Part shown: positions 42,860 through 58,602 of the stretch, piece after piece | Layout: each line of letters opens with the position of its first letter | How positions within the stretch are numbered: the stretch's first letter is position 1 | Assembly (NCBI RefSeq): GCF_009914755.1 | Contig: NC_060931.1 | Length of the DNA: 64,000 nt | Direction: 5' to 3' (one strand) | Source of the DNA: the human T2T-CHM13v2.0 reference genome, Homo sapiens | Translations under genes and position numbers: made by a program | The notes under the pieces: model-generated | The model's input: only the letters and a program-made list of their open reading frames with translations | What the model was told of the DNA's origin: nothing | Databases searched by the model: none

Positions 42860-43929
42860 TAACATATACACATCTAAGTTATACTTTCATTTTCACTAGC
42901 CTGACCTTTATGCTGTTGTCAGATATTTTACTTTTAGTAATTTTATAAATGTACATTATATTGTTATTGTATTTGTTTTAAACAGTGATCTTTTAAAGGA
43001 ATTTTTTAAATAAGGGAAGAAGTCTTTTATGCTTATCTACTTACTTACCATTTAGTGTGCTCTTTATTCTATCATATAGATGCAGGTATCACTTTGCTTT
43101 TACCTAGAGGACTTCCTTTAATGTTTCCCATAGCAAAGTTCTGCTGGTGAGAAACTCTTTCAGTTTCTCTATTTCTAAAGGATCTTTCCACCTTTATTTT
43201 TTAAGATTTTGCTGTCTTTTTTATAGTTTTTATTATTCTGATATTGTTCCTCCATCTATCATGTGACTTTTTCCCCCTCTAAGTGATTAAGATGTCTCTT
43301 TACAACATGTTTTTGGCAATTTGATTTTGAAGAGCAATGGTAGTAATGTTTTTTGTTTCTTATGCTTTGAGTTTATTAAGCTACTAAAACTATGGGTTAA
43401 TAACATTCTTCAAATTTGGAAAATATTCATCCCTCATTTCTTGAAATATTTTTCTCTCTCTCTATCTTCCTTCATGAACCTATACGAAGCCACTTAAATT
43501 TGCCCCATGGCTTATAGAAACTCTGTTCAGTTTTTAAAATTTGTTTCATTTAGAGTATTTTCTATTGCTATACCTTTAAATCCATGAATCTTTTCTTCTG
43601 TAGTGACTAACCTGCTGTCAAATCTACCTAGTGTATTTATTTTTATCTCAGAAATTATAGCTTTCATTACAAGAAGTTTGATTTGAGTCTTTTATATATA
43701 ATCCATCTCTCTAACATGTTTGAACTTTCTTCTATCTTATAATATAGATATAATAATTGCCTTGGAATCTTTGACTACAAAGTCAATCATACATGTCATT
43801 TTTGGGGGGGGGGTCTCTTTCTACTGAATGATTTTTTTTCTTATTATATTTATATTACCCAACTGCCTATATTTTGGCTGCCTGACATTACAAATTTTAT
43901 GTTGTTTAATTTTATAACTTGTTGTTTAG

Positions 43930-44160
43930 TTTTATAATGATGTTTCAGTCAATCGTGGACCACATATATGACAGTGGTCCTCCAAAATTATAATACTATA
44001 TTTTACTGTAACTTTTATATGTTTAGAGACACAAATACCATTGGGTTACAATTGCCCAACAAAATTATAATACTGTATTTGTACTGTACCTTTTATATGT
44101 TCAGAGACACAAATACAACTGTGTTACAATTGCCTACAGTGTGCTGTACAGGTTTGTGAA
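43930..44160 (-). mobile_element. Tigger3a fragment with 77-bp internal duplication
   Basis: caaaattataatact...gttacaattgcc repeated at 43983 and 44060. Confidence 0.8.
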
Positions 44161-44808
44161 CAATTTTGTGTTCCTATAAATATAGTTGAGTTTTATTTGT
44201 GAACAGTTAGGTTATTTGGAAGCAGTTGAGCTTTTATATAGTCTTCCTTTTAACCTTTTTTAGGGGGAGCCAGAGTAGTGTTCAGTCATGGGCTGACTTT
44301 GCCCCAGTAATGAGACAATTCTCTACCCAATGTCCTGGAAACTGGGGCATTTCCCACCCTGGTTTTGGGGAATACAAATTATTCCAAACCTTACGTGACC
44401 TCTAGAAACTGTTTCCTCTGCTGCTTTAGATTATTTTGGAGGGGACTTCCTTACACAAATGCCCTTAACAGTGATCAACTAAAGACACGAGAGGGACCCT
44501 CTACAGATCTCCAGAATTCTTGTTCTCCCTCTGCAGGTCTCTTTTTTCTGGTAGTCTCTTCATAGAAATCCAGCTTTTTGGTCTCTTGGACTCCCAGTTC
44601 CATCTCCTCAAATCAGGAAGATTGGAGTCCTTGCCTGGGTCCCCCTTCCATGCCCCAAACCTAGAAACTCTCTCTAAGAAGTAATTGGGGCAATGTCGGG
44701 TCTTATCTTATTTGTTTACTCTCTCCCAGGTATCACTGTTCTGTGTTGCCTTATGATGCCCATGTCTAAAATGCATTGATTTATTTACTTTGTTTAGATT
44801 TTTAATTA

Positions 44809-44856
44809 TTTCAAGTGTGGAAGACAAAGTTCTTTCAAGTGTGGAAGACAAAGTCC
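44809..44856. repeat. Tandem duplication 24 bp x2
   Basis: tttcaagtgtggaagacaaagt(t/c)c twice. Confidence 0.95.
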
Positions 44857-45106
44857 TTGAAGTTGAATAACATTTAAGAAATTCTTTAGTTGAAGGTGTA
44901 TTTGGAACTATAACCCAATAGGTAATGGGAGTACATCATAAGAATTAAGAGCTTAGTCGCTGTAGTCTGAGCACACTGGGTATCAATCCAAATTTAACTG
45001 CTTCCTAGGTGCAATCTCCTGAACAAATTTTTAAATCTCGTTGAGCCTCCATTTTCTCATCCATAAAAATGAAATACATATATAGTTCAAGAGATGAATG
45101 AATATG

Positions 45107-45439
45107 CAGTCAAGCTCTGCATAATTATGTTTCAGTTAACAGTGGCCATATATATGACAGTGGTCTAATAAAATTATAATAACTTAATTTTACTGTACCT
45201 TTTATATGTTTACAATACAAATGCTTACCATTGTGTTACAATTGCCTACAATATTCAGTACAGTAACGTGCTATACAGGTTTGTAGCCTGGGGCAATAGG
45301 CTGTACCATATAGCCTAGATGTATAGTGGGCTAGGTATAGTATGGAGTGTGTAAGTGCACTCTATGATGTACACACCACGGAAACGCCTAGTTATGCATT
45401 TCTCAGAATACATCCCTGTCATTAAGTGATGTATGACTC
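45107..45439 (-). mobile_element. Tigger3a inserted in a MIR
   Basis: cagtcaagctctgcataa...ttaccattgtgttacaattgcctac...atgactc followed by TA. Confidence 0.85.
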
Positions 45440-46034
45440 TATATAGTGGTGCCAACAAGACTATAAATAGTAGGTAGCAAGTGTTAGTTACTTTTTATTT
45501 TACTATTAATAAAACTCATCTGCCCTAAATAATACTAAGGAATCATGAACTATGTTAAATAAAGGCTTATTCTTGTGTACTTGTGCATCCCGGAAGAGAA
45601 ACTGATCAGAAAGGTGAATCAGTAAGTTATCAGGCATGGAAGCAGAGCTACCATGGGTATTAAACAAAGAAGAGACCCGTTACAGAAATTAAACATTACG
45701 CAAACATGGGAGGAGCTAGGAAAGTAAAAATGTGACAAATTTTAGCAAATATTCATAACAGGAATAGCTCTAGGTTCCACTTTTTGTACTAATTATGCTT
45801 TTCAAATTATATTTAAACTATCTTTGCTTAGTCAAAGTAACAAACACGTTTGCATCTAGAAATTTATTAATATTGTTTTACACTTTCATCTAAGATTTAA
45901 GTTAATTTTGTAAATTATATAAAATGTGAGTCAAATTGTTGATTTGGGGTTTTTGTTTGTTTTTCTTTTTTGCATATGGCTTCCTATTTCTGTAACAAAA
46001 TTTGCTTTAAAAGCTCCACTGGCTTCTAAAAATT

Positions 46035-46320
46035 ATTTTATATTTATTTTTAATGGATATATAAAAATTGCATAGATTTAAGTTATGCAACATGATATTT
46101 TAATATATGTATATATTATGGAATGGCTAGATGAAGTGACTTAACACAGGTATTACCTCACCTAGTTATCATTGTTTTATGGTCAGAACACTTAAAATCT
46201 ACTGTCTTAGCAAATTTCAAGTATGGAATACCTGTATATGTTTATTGATTATAGTCAACCTGATGTACAATAACTGTCTTGATCTTACTCTACCTGTCTT
46301 GGCTTTTGTTTCCTTTGACA
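46035..46320 (-). mobile_element. L1MA8-like 3' end
   Basis: gaacacttaaaatctactgtcttagcaaatttcaagta. Confidence 0.75.
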
Positions 46321-46389
46321 GCCCTATTGACTTCAGCTATAGTTTTTGCATTCTTTGTTAGTGATTACCATAAAGATTGTAAGAGAATA

Positions 46390-47055
46390 GTTAAAATAAA
46401 AAAGATTAGCAATGCCAAGTGTGGGCAATGATGTGGAGTAACTGAACACTCACATATTAGTGATGGGAAGAAAAAAACTTACAGCCACTAAGGAAAACAG
46501 CTTGTCAGTTTCTTAAACATTTAAACATATACCTTTCATGTGATCCAGACATTCCACCCTTAGGTATTTACCCAAGAGAAATAAAAGCATATGTGTAAAC
46601 AAAGATTTGTAAACAAATGGTTATAGAAGCTTTATTTGTGATAGCACAAAACTATCATAAAAACTCAAATGTCTATCAACATTTAAATGGTTAAGCAAGT
46701 TGCGGTATATCTTAACAGAGGAATGCCATTCTGTAAAACAAGAAATAAGCTATTGATACAATATGGGTAAATTTCAAAATCAGGTCATACACAAAAGACT
46801 ATCCTGTATGGTTCTACTTATATGAAATCTAGAAAAGCAAAGCTATGATGACAGAGGACAAATCAGTGCTGCTTGGGTCTGGTAATTGCGGAAGAGATTG
46901 ACTGCAAAGGGGCATAGGAGACCTTTTGAGATAATGTAAATGTTTTGTAATATACTGTGGTCGTGTATACAAAACCGCACAGAATTACCAAAACTCATTA
47001 TATTGCATAGTTAAAATGAGTGGATTTTATTGCATGTAATGTACAACTCAGTGAA
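46390..47055 (+). mobile_element. L1MC/MD/ME 3' end
   Basis: taggtatttacccaagagaaataaaagcatatgt; ttgactgcaaaggggca. Confidence 0.75.
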
Positions 47056-47059
47056 TCTG

Positions 47060-47242
47060 GGAGTGGAGGATAGTGAAGGAGAGGGAAAGGGAGAGGAAGA
47101 GAAAAAGAGAGACAGAGACAAACAAAGAGAAAGAGAAAGGGAGAGAGAGAGGTGGAGGAAGATGAAGAAGAGAAGGAGGAGAAGGAGGAGGAAGGGGGAG
47201 GAAGGAAGAGGAGGAGGACGAAGAGGAGGGGGAAGAGGAGGA
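47060..47242 (+). repeat. Polypurine GA/GGA low-complexity tract
   Basis: Almost pure A/G for ~180 bp. Confidence 0.9.
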
Positions 47243-47754
47243 CTATTTACGGGCTAAGACCTAAACTAGATTAGATCATGAAATGGGTCCAACTCTTGAT
47301 AAGTAACTCCTTCCGAGGTACCAAAAAGTCTATCTGACAGTGAAAAATGAATGTATAATAAGGTAGTACCAGGGCTAGCCAAAGTAGAAAATAAGTGCAC
47401 TTTTATCCATTTGTCTTGGCAGCAGAAAACAGCCAAAAAGTATACTAAGAAGACTGTTGCTATCCAAATTGCACGTGAATTCCTCTCATTGGTAGGACTC
47501 ATTTGGCATACAGAAAACTTTGCTGCTCAGGAATCTGGCATATACAGTTTTTAGTTTGATAGTCTCTAAGTGTAAGGAAGAACACTAAAAGAGAGTGGAG
47601 TGGAAATTGAATAAGCCAGTAAATACTATCCACTAAAATGTCACTTGGTTTCTCTTATTGATTTGTAGGGATTCTTTATATGTATTCATAATAATCTTCA
47701 TCAGTATTTCTTGCCGTATTTATTTCCATATTCTCTGTATTGTTTGATAAATAA

Positions 47755-48076
<322 letters not shown>

Positions 48077-51000
48077 CTTATTTCTGATTGTTATAACATT
48101 TTATAGGCAATCTTTTACTATCTCGTGTTCATAAAACTGTTATTCTCTATTGTCCTCAAGTTTTATATTTTTGACATTTACATTTAAATAATAATTCACC
48201 TAGAATTGATTAATTTGCATGTGATTTGAAGTACGGACCAAATTTCATGGAAAGTCAATTGTCACTATTTATTAAATATCCATTTCCCCCCACTGCCTTC
48301 AAACCCACTTCTGTCACATTAACATGGCTTGTTAATATGACACTTCATGCTGCTCCCCAACTTGTTCTTTCTCAGAAATATCTTAGCTATACTTGGCCCT
48401 CTGTCATTTTACATAAATTTTAGAATTTGACAATTTAGTTTGTTAAAAATCTAAAACTTATAAAATCTTGTAAATGTTAATGATATTAAATCTATAGATC
48501 AATTTAGAGACAACTGGCATTCTTAAAATGTTGCATCTTCCAAAGAGTGAACATGGTATATTTCTCTAATTATTTTTGTCTTTTCAGTGTATTTCAACAA
48601 CATTTTTTTTTTCATAAACGTCTTAAAGACTTTTGGTTAGATTTATTTCTAGTTGTACTGTATTTTGATATTTTTACAAATATTTCTTTTGAAACTACAC
48701 TTAATTTTCAAACTGCAATTTCTTTTTTAATAATGATTTTGTATTTAACAATAATGACAAAATCATTAGTTCTATTTATTAATCTCTCTAGTTTCTTCTG
48801 TGTTTAGTATATGAGAAATTATATCATCTGAGAATACTGTTTTGTGTTTCTTCCTTTTCTTTTCAAATACGTATTTTGTTTGATATTCAATTAGATAAAT
48901 TTTTATATTTTGTCTCAGCTATTTTTTGTTATCCCCATTGGCTCTAAAAATTAATGTCTTGTTTTTCTTCTGAAAGTTCATAAGTTTCATTCCTTGGATT
49001 TTTTTCTGTGAAAAACTTTGAAACCTAACTTGAAGACAGGCTTCTCTTAAAGACTCTGAACTGGCTTATTTTTAGGTTCTGTAGGGCACTATGAAGTGGA
49101 AGGAAGTACTTTTAGCTAAAATTTTACCTGTTTTGTTTGTTTTTTAAGAGCACTCAGAAAAAGTTATTCCAACTAGAGGACTCCCTTGTGGTTATGAATT
49201 ACCAAGGAAGTATTGTTTTGTTTTAAATCTGCATTCAGCTCTTAGGTTCTTAAAGAAGCAGGATTATTTCGATTTTTTTTTTTCATAAAGCCATAACCTT
49301 TTAGTGTCCCAGTTTATAGGAGTGGAGCTGTCTGCTGTTAGGTTCTTCACTGTGGAAAGGGTGATTTCTGCATTTTCTTTTCTTCTCCCTGTATCTTAGA
49401 AAGTAAAATCCAAGATCAGAACCCTAGCAAACACTCAACAGATAAATTAGAGCTCTACTATCTTGGTAACTCAATATCACATTTTCAAAGGGACTTGAAA
49501 TTTTTTTTTTTTTAGTCAGGAGGTCATTTAACTGTCCGAAGCTGCAGAAAATGGAAGTGCTTATTCTTTATATGACTGTGTAAATTCTGTATTTGAGAAG
49601 TTCAGGAAAAATCATTAATCAATTTTTAAATATCACTTGTAATATAAGATTAAGATTATTTTGGAAAGTTGGAAATTGTTATAAAAATTAATATGTTTAC
49701 ACATATAGTTATTTCCAATTCATTAGCTAGAAAGTTACCCATCTCTGATTCAAAAATAAACATATTCCCACTCTATTTAAAATTATACATAACACAAATA
49801 TAGGAGATAAAAAGTATCAGAAGTTATTGAGAAATACAGATTAAGGAATTAATATTTTTGGCATTAGGAAACATTTTCTATCATGACCTCATTCAATGAG
49901 TATGAACCCAGTGGTACGCTACTTTTTCCTTCTCTAGAAAAAGCACTTAGATTCCAAAGCAGTATTTAAAAGGAAAAACATTACAAAATATCTCTTAGAA
50001 AATCTCCATCCTTTACATCTACACTTATATTTCCCACCATTAATTCATAATTCCTAATGACTATCATAATGAATGTTTAATATCAGTATGAACTCTGAAC
50101 CTTAATTTCTTAAAGTTTAATTGAATGGCAGGTTTTAAATACATTCTTTGAATCTTGATGATGTATATTCTCTCTCTTGAAGCTTCTGCCTGGAACTTTT
50201 GCCCAACTTACTATTGGTGAGACTAAGAACCTATGTGTAAGTTGTCTATTATGTGAATAATATTTCAACCCTCAAAACTAAGGTACTTGTCAAAGATTTC
50301 TACTTGATCTTTCTTTCCAGATCTACTTGAGATATGTGACATTTTTTTAGAGACATAGAACAATGTATCCCAACAGCAAACACAGAGAGATTTTAGTTTA
50401 TCAAACTACCAAATTATGCTGTACAACAGTTCAGATATTCTTGCCATTGGGACATGCCGTCTTTAGTATTTATTTTATTTTAAAACTGACTTCAAAGATC
50501 CATTTCAACATTAGTGCTTCTTTATAGATTTAACATTCTGTTTTATGACCTTTAATACAAATGTTGGGATAAGACATTGATGGAAAATATCGTTTAAATT
50601 TGAATATAACCTATGGGTGTCATTTCCTTAAGGGAGAACAAAGACCAAAAACTGTATCATTTCAGGTCATAGTTTAGTAACAAAAAGTTTATCTTACATA
50701 TTTTTTAAACAGAAAGGAAATAAAAGTTGAGAAAATTTAAGCAGCCTTTATGTAAGCTACTTGGCAGATTTTCCATATCTCAGGGCAAGTGACAACAACA
50801 ACTTTACTTCTTTCTAAATAAACAGGTTTGGGAAGTCAGAGCTTTTCAAGAAATTATTTAAAATAAAAAACAGACTCAGTGCCCCATATGCCAAACACAT
50901 ATTTGGTGAGGCTAGGTAAAATCTTCCATAAATATGTACTCCAATAAAACCTCAGGTCAACACACCAAAATAAAAAAGATAACAATTGTGCCCAAAGGTC

Positions 51001-51814
51001 CTTTGTATAAATGTATCTTGTAATATATAAAAGTTAACAGCATCTACTTCACAGGGAACTTTTTGGTGTTGTCTGTAAATTGATTTGATTTAAATTTCCA
51101 GGGCCACAGATCACTAAAAACTAAACTGAATGCATGTGTTTTTCCTGAAGCAAACTCCTGTGTGGAAGTGATGGAAAATATAGTTGGATGTTAAATCTAA
51201 ATGTGCTATCAGGGAGTATGACACAAATTATGAGCCTGTTCAAGATGAAGCCCATTGTCTTATGACAGTTGCAAATACAGTAAACAATGAATTCATTATC
51301 ATTACTGGATTTTAAGCCAGAGTAAATCTCTAATGTTCTATAGTAAAACCAAGCAAAAGAAATCAACCATGCTATCTCTGGTAATACTTCTTTATTGAAA
51401 TCCCTGAAATTGCATACCAATCATACTATAAACCACACTTACAAGGTTGGTGATTATGGCTCCTCTGGGGACAACAGTGAAGTATTACCACTATTTTCCA
51501 TTTCGAAAGGAAATATAAATTGAAGGTCATGAACCAAATTTCCTTCCATTTTTTAGCAAAATGGGTATGGAGTTTAATATATGACAAAAGTACAGTAATT
51601 GTTTCATTTTCACTCTAAAATGGGACGCTTCTCCACTGTATTCCATGTTCTAGCAACTACAAACTCCTGGAGGTAAAAGGTTAGCAATCATGAAGCTCAG
51701 CCTGGCTGCTCTTAAGCAGTGAATGTGTACACAATCTGTACTGGTTATGTGTCTATTCTCTCCTTCATGATCTTTAGGTAGGAGGATTCTGGAGGTTGAG
51801 GGTCAGCTCTTAAA

Positions 51815-52313
51815 CTTCTCTAGCCATGTATTGCTGTGTAACAAAATACCTCAAAATTTAGCAGCTTAAAACAACAATCATTTTACTTATTTGCTCACAA
51901 TTCTGCAACTTGAGCAGGGCTTATTGGGGACAGTTAATTTCTCCTTCATCAGCCGGCATAAGCTGGCCTGACTTGACCAAAGCCAGTCTCAACTCTTAGA
52001 TGGCCTCACTTGCATGGTGGCGAAGTTGATACTAACGGTTGGGTGAAAGCCCAGCTAGAGGTGCTGAATAAGCCCTCAGTTCTCTTTCATGAGACCTCTC
52101 CATGTGGCTAGGCTGGGTTTCTTACAGCATCCTATTCTCAGAGTAGTTGAACTTGCATGATGGCACACTACCCTCAAAGTGTGAAAACAGATGTTGCCAA
52201 AACCCAGAACCCCCAGAACTAGCAAAGTGTAACTTCTACCACATTATATTGCTTAGTTAACAGGTTCAGATTTAAGAAGAGGTAAACGCAGGTAAATTAT
52301 ACAAGGATGTAAA
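51815..52313 (-). mobile_element. MaLR LTR (MLT1G/H-like)
   Basis: tattgctgtgtaacaaaatacctcaaaatttagcagcttaaaacaacaa...gctcacaattctgc. Confidence 0.75.
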
Positions 52314-52315
52314 TA

Positions 52316-52664
52316 CAGTCATGCTCTGCATTACAACTTTTCGGTCAATGATAGACCGCATATACAACAGTGGTCACAAAAGATTATAATACCGCATTTT
52401 TTACTTTACCTTTTTATGTTTAGACATGTTTAGATACACAAATATTTACCATTGTGTTACAATTGCCGACAGTATTTAGCACAGTAACATGCTGTACAGG
52501 TTTGTAGCCCTAGAAGCATAGGCCTATACCATATAGCCTAGGTGTGTGGTAGGCTATATCATCTATGTTTGTGTAACTACACACTACAATGTGCTCACAA
52601 TGAAAAAATCACCTAGTGACACATTCTTCAGAATGTACCCCTATTGTTGAGCAATGCATAACTA
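52316..52664 (-). mobile_element. Tigger3a, full length
   Basis: TA-cagtcatgc...tcggtcaatgatagaccgcatatac...gcataacta-TA. Confidence 0.9.
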
Positions 52665-53522
52665 TAAAGCAACATAACAGATTACCATGTACCCCAGCAC
52701 TATACACACAGATGGTACTATCAGAATAGTTCTTGTATGAATGAACTATAGAACATTTAAGTCATCTAATTTCAGTGTTTTATTACCTTGATGTTTAAGT
52801 TTTTCCTGGTGGTTAACTAAAATTTTCCCTTATTCAATTTGAGCATATTTTTCCAAATTGAAATTGCTATAGCTTAGCTAATAAATGGCCAACATCATCT
52901 TAATAAGGTATGCTTTTGTTTAAAGACAAGTGTTAGAGAATCATTTTCTCCCTATCTGAAAAACAAACTCATTTTACTGCCATGTGGAAAATAAGAAAGA
53001 CAGTTAAATACTTGGCAAAGAGATATAATGACTTGTCCCTATGAGAATTTTGTGTTGATTTTTTTGAAAACAAACACAAGATGCCTAGAGTGTTTTCAGG
53101 ATGCTTCTTAAGAAAGAGCCATGCACAGGAACAATTTCATTTCCTGATGGGATGGAAATGATGAAATAGTTCTGATCTGCCCTAGGTATTTGAGATTTAT
53201 TTCTCCAGAAAGGGGAAAAAAGGTAAATGTGCTTTCTTATAGACTGACTGTTATCATTGTTGTTGTCATTAAAGCTGTTTCTATTTATAAACAAAGTTCA
53301 TAATAGGTGAGTAGAATTTTTAAATTAGAAAACAAATTTATAGAATTATAAACCCATATTATGGTTTTGCAAAATCAGAACATCCTCTGATTCCCTCCTT
53401 TCCATGTTCATCTCACCATAGATCTGGTAAAAGATTCCTAAACTTTATGTTTTAACTGACAATTAGTCTTGGATGAAACAAAAAGCGAGATGGTAAATTA
53501 GCAAAATTCTTAACAGATAGTC

Positions 53523-53723
53523 CAGTGCCGTGCTGGAGTTAGCTTGCACCACTCTGTGAAAGCTGTTTGTGATCATCTCTTCCCAATCTGCATTTTAAAA
53601 AGTCATGTTGATAAGCACAATTAACCATCATAAGAATATTTACACCATGGCTTTTTTCTCTTTTTTTCCCTGTATTTATTTATTTGAAGAATCAGTTGTT
53701 AAATATTTACATTTACATCACTG
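53523..53723 (+). mobile_element. MER63A-like (hAT-Blackjack)
   Basis: cagtgccgtgctggag...catctcttcccaa...tatttacaccatgg...gttgttaaatattt...cactg. Confidence 0.7.
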
Positions 53724-53789
53724 ATTCTAAGTCAGCTAGACTAACAGAACAAAAAGCAGGAAGTCAGGAACAGGCATTGGACAATGATT

Positions 53790-55100
53790 GACAGTCAGAG
53801 CCAACATTTCAGCTGAGACCTGAATGACAATTTGGAGAAGGCCATATACTCTAGTAGAAGAGTATTTCTGACAGCGGGTTAAATGTGGAAAATCCATAAG
53901 CCAGGAACAATTCTGGCATATTTGAATAACAGAAGCAGAGAGGAGGAATGGAATATGTTTATCAAGAGGACTGCATTACAAGAAAAGATTGGAAATGTAG
54001 ACAGAAGCAAAATTATGTACACATTTACCAGAGAGTAAGGATTGGATTTTAAGAATATGTGCAATAGAGAAGACTTGGGATACTTTAAGCTGAGGACTGA
54101 TACGAACATATTTATTTATGAAGAACAATCTGGCTTCTCTGTGTCAAATGAGTTGAGGCTAGGCATGGGAAGAATAAAGTGAAAGAAAGTACACCAGTTA
54201 CAAAATTATTGTATTACCTTAGAGGAGAAATAAGAGTAGTTTAGACCCAGTTGGTGGCATGGATATGGAGAAAACCAAAAAGATTTGCTTGTAGTTTGGA
54301 GGTTGTTTCTCTAGAATTTGATGATGGATTTGATGTGAGGAATAAAGAAAAACTCCCAAGCGTTCAGCCTACGTTTTTCATTGAATTGTGATACTGTTTA
54401 CACAAGTGCAACAGTAGTGTTTTTATAATGGCAAACACTAAGAGAAAAAAATATTAAAGATGTAGAAAAATGTCCTATTTTGAATATTCTATACTTGAGT
54501 TTTCTATTGCATACATAAAGAGAGATGTCAAGTATTGGTTGAATATGTGAGTACTGTGTCTCAAAGGAGAGTTCAAGGCTATTGACATAATTTGGAAACT
54601 TATCAGCACATACATATTTAAAAGCCCACAACTATTGGAATTATATCATGTTAAGGGAAGAAAGAGAAAATCATCCAGAGCAGATGCTTATAACACTCCA
54701 ATATCTAGAAGTGAGGCAGAGAAGCCCATAAGGGAAAGTGAGATGTGGAACTAGAGATAAAAGAAAAAATAAAAGCATTCATTGTCACTGAAGCCAAGCA
54801 GAGAAAAGACTTATACAAAAAAATAATCAATATCACTTGATGCTACTGAGAATTCATAGATATGAGACCTGAGAAGTGGAGTGTGGGCTGCAGACAGGTG
54901 GCTGACTGGCAAAGGGAATTAAGGAATTGGACACAGGTTGAGGAGTCAACTCAATGTAGATATTTTTCTACGAAGGAGAGCAGAGAAATGGAACATATGG
55001 GATCAAGAGAAGAATTATCTTCAAAATAGGAGCTGCTGGCTCAAACTGATATATTAATGGGAATGAAATGATAGAGGGAAGATTCTCTTGATGATAAAAG
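53790..55100 (-). mobile_element. L2
   Basis: agctgagacctgaatga; aggagagttcaaggct; ttgtcactgaagccaag. Confidence 0.7.
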
Positions 55101-56560
55101 GGAATACCCTGTTTTAGTATTCACTGTGAGTTCAGCCTCAACTACATTGCTGGTCAGTATATCCTCGTCATGCATTATCCAATTTCATTTATGAAAATGT
55201 AGCCTCGGCCTACAGGTTTTACTAGCCCAGTTTTATAAATGCAAAAATTAAATCTGAGAGTTATTAAAAAATTTATTTTTTAACACACACATAGTCATTC
55301 TTAAAATATTACTTAATTTATGTTATATTCTAAGTAAGATGTTTAGCAATTAGTGATCTCAGAATGAATATTGTACAAAAAGAAATGAATCTAGCAATTT
55401 AACACTAGGTCAGTCTATTGCCAAACTTTATGATTTTTTTCCTGATACCATACTCTAAAGCATTCATCCCAGTTTGGTTGAGACAATTTGAATTATAGCC
55501 TACTGGTCCAACATAATTATTAATAGCACCTCATTTTACCTTTAAGTGTTTTGGGTTAGCAATGAATCTTATAGTCATTATATTAAAAAATCTAAATTGG
55601 GTGTACCCATTGACCGTCTCTTGTTTACATATTACTGTATCTCATTGATGTTATTTCTAACTCATCAACATTAGCAATTCATTTATTAAAAACATGTCAT
55701 TTTCCAAATTTGTAATATTCACCAGTAGCAAAACATTTATTAAATAGATTCTATAATATAATCACTAAACTATTCTTCACAGAATTAGAAAAACAATCCT
55801 AAAATTTGTATGGAAAAACAAAAGACCCTGAGTAGACAAAACAATCTTGAGCAAAAATAACAAAGCGGGGGAGGCATCACACTAGCTGACTTCAAAATAT
55901 ACTCTAAAACTACAACAGTCAAAACAGTATGATATTGGCATTTAAAAACAAAACAAAACATATAGACCAATAAAACAGCATAGAGAACTCAGAAATAAAT
56001 TCATACATTTACAGCTAATTTATTTTTGACAAAGGTGCCAAGAACACATAATGAGGAAAAAAGAGTCTCTTCAATAGTGTGGGAAAACTGGATATCCACA
56101 TGCAGAAATTAGACCCTTATCTCACACCATATACTAAACTCAATTCACAATGGATTGAAGATTTAAACAGAATACCTGAAACAGTAAAAAAAAAAAAAAA
56201 ATATGGAAAATCTCCATGACATTGGTCAGAGCAATGATTTTTTGGACATGACCACAAAAGCACAGGCAACAAAAGCAAAAAATAGACAAATAGGATTACA
56301 TCAAGCTAAAAAAGCCTCTGCATAGCAAAATAACAATCAACAAAGGGAAGAGACTACATAATGTGAAAAAATTTTGCACACCATATATCTAATAAGAAGT
56401 TAATATCCAAAACATATAAGAAATTTAAACAACTCAATAGCCAAGAGAACAAAAAACAGTCTAAAATTTGGCAAAGAAGACATATAAAGGACCAAAGGTA
56501 TATGAAAAAATGCTCAACATCACTAAGCATCAGGGAACATCAGATCAAAACCACAATGAA

Positions 56561-56880
<320 letters not shown>

Positions 56881-58030
56881 TCACCTCATACTTACTAGAA
56901 TGACTACTATAAAAAAGATGAAAGATAACAAGTGTTGGAGAGGATGTGGAGAAAAGGGAACCCTTGTACACTGCCATTGGCAATATAAATTCATACAGGC
57001 ATACCTCATTTTATTGCACTTTACCTTTCTGTGCTCCACAGATATTGCAATTTTTTTACAAATTGAAGACTGTGGCAACCCTGAATAAAGCAGGTCTATT
57101 GCTGCCATTTTTTCCAGTAGTATGTGCTCACTTGGTGTCTCTGTGTCAGATTTTGCTAATTCTCACAATATTTCAAACTTTTTATTATGATGATATCTGT
57201 TATGGTGATCTGTGATCAGTGAGTGATCTTTATGTTACTATTATAATTGTTTTGGAGTACTAAAAACCACACCCATATGAGGCAGTGAATTCAATCAATA
57301 AATGCTGTATGTGTTCTGTCTTCCCCAGTGATTGCTCTTCCTTGTCTTTCTATCTTCAGGCCTCCCTGTTCCCTGAGATACAAAAATATTGAAATTGGGC
57401 CAATTAATAACCCTACAATGGCTTCTAAGTATTCGACTGAAAGAAAGAGTCACACATCTCTCACTTTAAGTCAAAAGCTAGAAATGTTTAAGCTTAGTGA
57501 GAAAGGCTTCTCAAAAGCTGGACCTCTTGTGCCAAACAATTAGCCAAGTTGTGACAGCAAAGGAAAACTTATTGAAAGAAATTATAAGTACTGCTCTAGT
57601 AGACACACACATGATAAGAAACAAAGCAGCCTTATTGCTGATATGGAGAAAGTTTCAGTAGTCTGGCTAGATCAAACCAGCCGTAACATTCCCTTGAGCT
57701 GAGGCCTAATCCAGAAGAAAGCCCTAATTCTCTTCAATTCTATGAAGGCTGAGAGAGGTGAGGAAACTGCAGAAGAGAAGTTGAAAGTTCACAAAGGTTG
57801 GTTTATGAGATTTAAGGAAAAAAAAAAAAACTGTTTCCATAACATAAAAGTGCAAGGTGAAGCAGCAAGTGCTGATGCAGAAGCTTCAGTGAGTGATCCA
57901 GAAGATCTAGCTATGATCATTGATGAAGGTGGCTACAGAAAAAACAGCCTTCTTCTATTGGAAGAAAATGCCATCGAGGACTTTCATAGCTAGAAAGTAG
58001 AAGTCAATGCAGGGCTTCAAAGGACAGACT

Positions 58031-58416
<386 letters not shown>

Positions 58417-58546
58417 TTAACGAATGTTGCTAAAGCTACCCAGGCCGTGCTGTGTAAAAGGAACAGCAAAAGCCTGGATAACAGCACATCTCTTTATAGC
58501 ATGGTTTAATGAATATTTTAAGCCCCTGTTGAGACCTGCTGCTCAG

Positions 58547-58551
58547 AAAAA

Positions 58552-58595
<44 letters not shown>

Positions 58596-58602
58596 GTATA
58601 GA
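58547..58602. repeat. A14 + (TA)n microsatellite
   Basis: Direct read. Confidence 0.95.

Noticed and set aside
47030-47257. Arg/Glu/Gly-rich ORF
   Set aside because: It is a translation of the polypurine low-complexity tract.
51148-51265. LCGSDGK Kazal-like motif in a + frame
   Set aside because: The remaining Kazal cysteines and spacing are absent and there is no exon structure; most likely chance.
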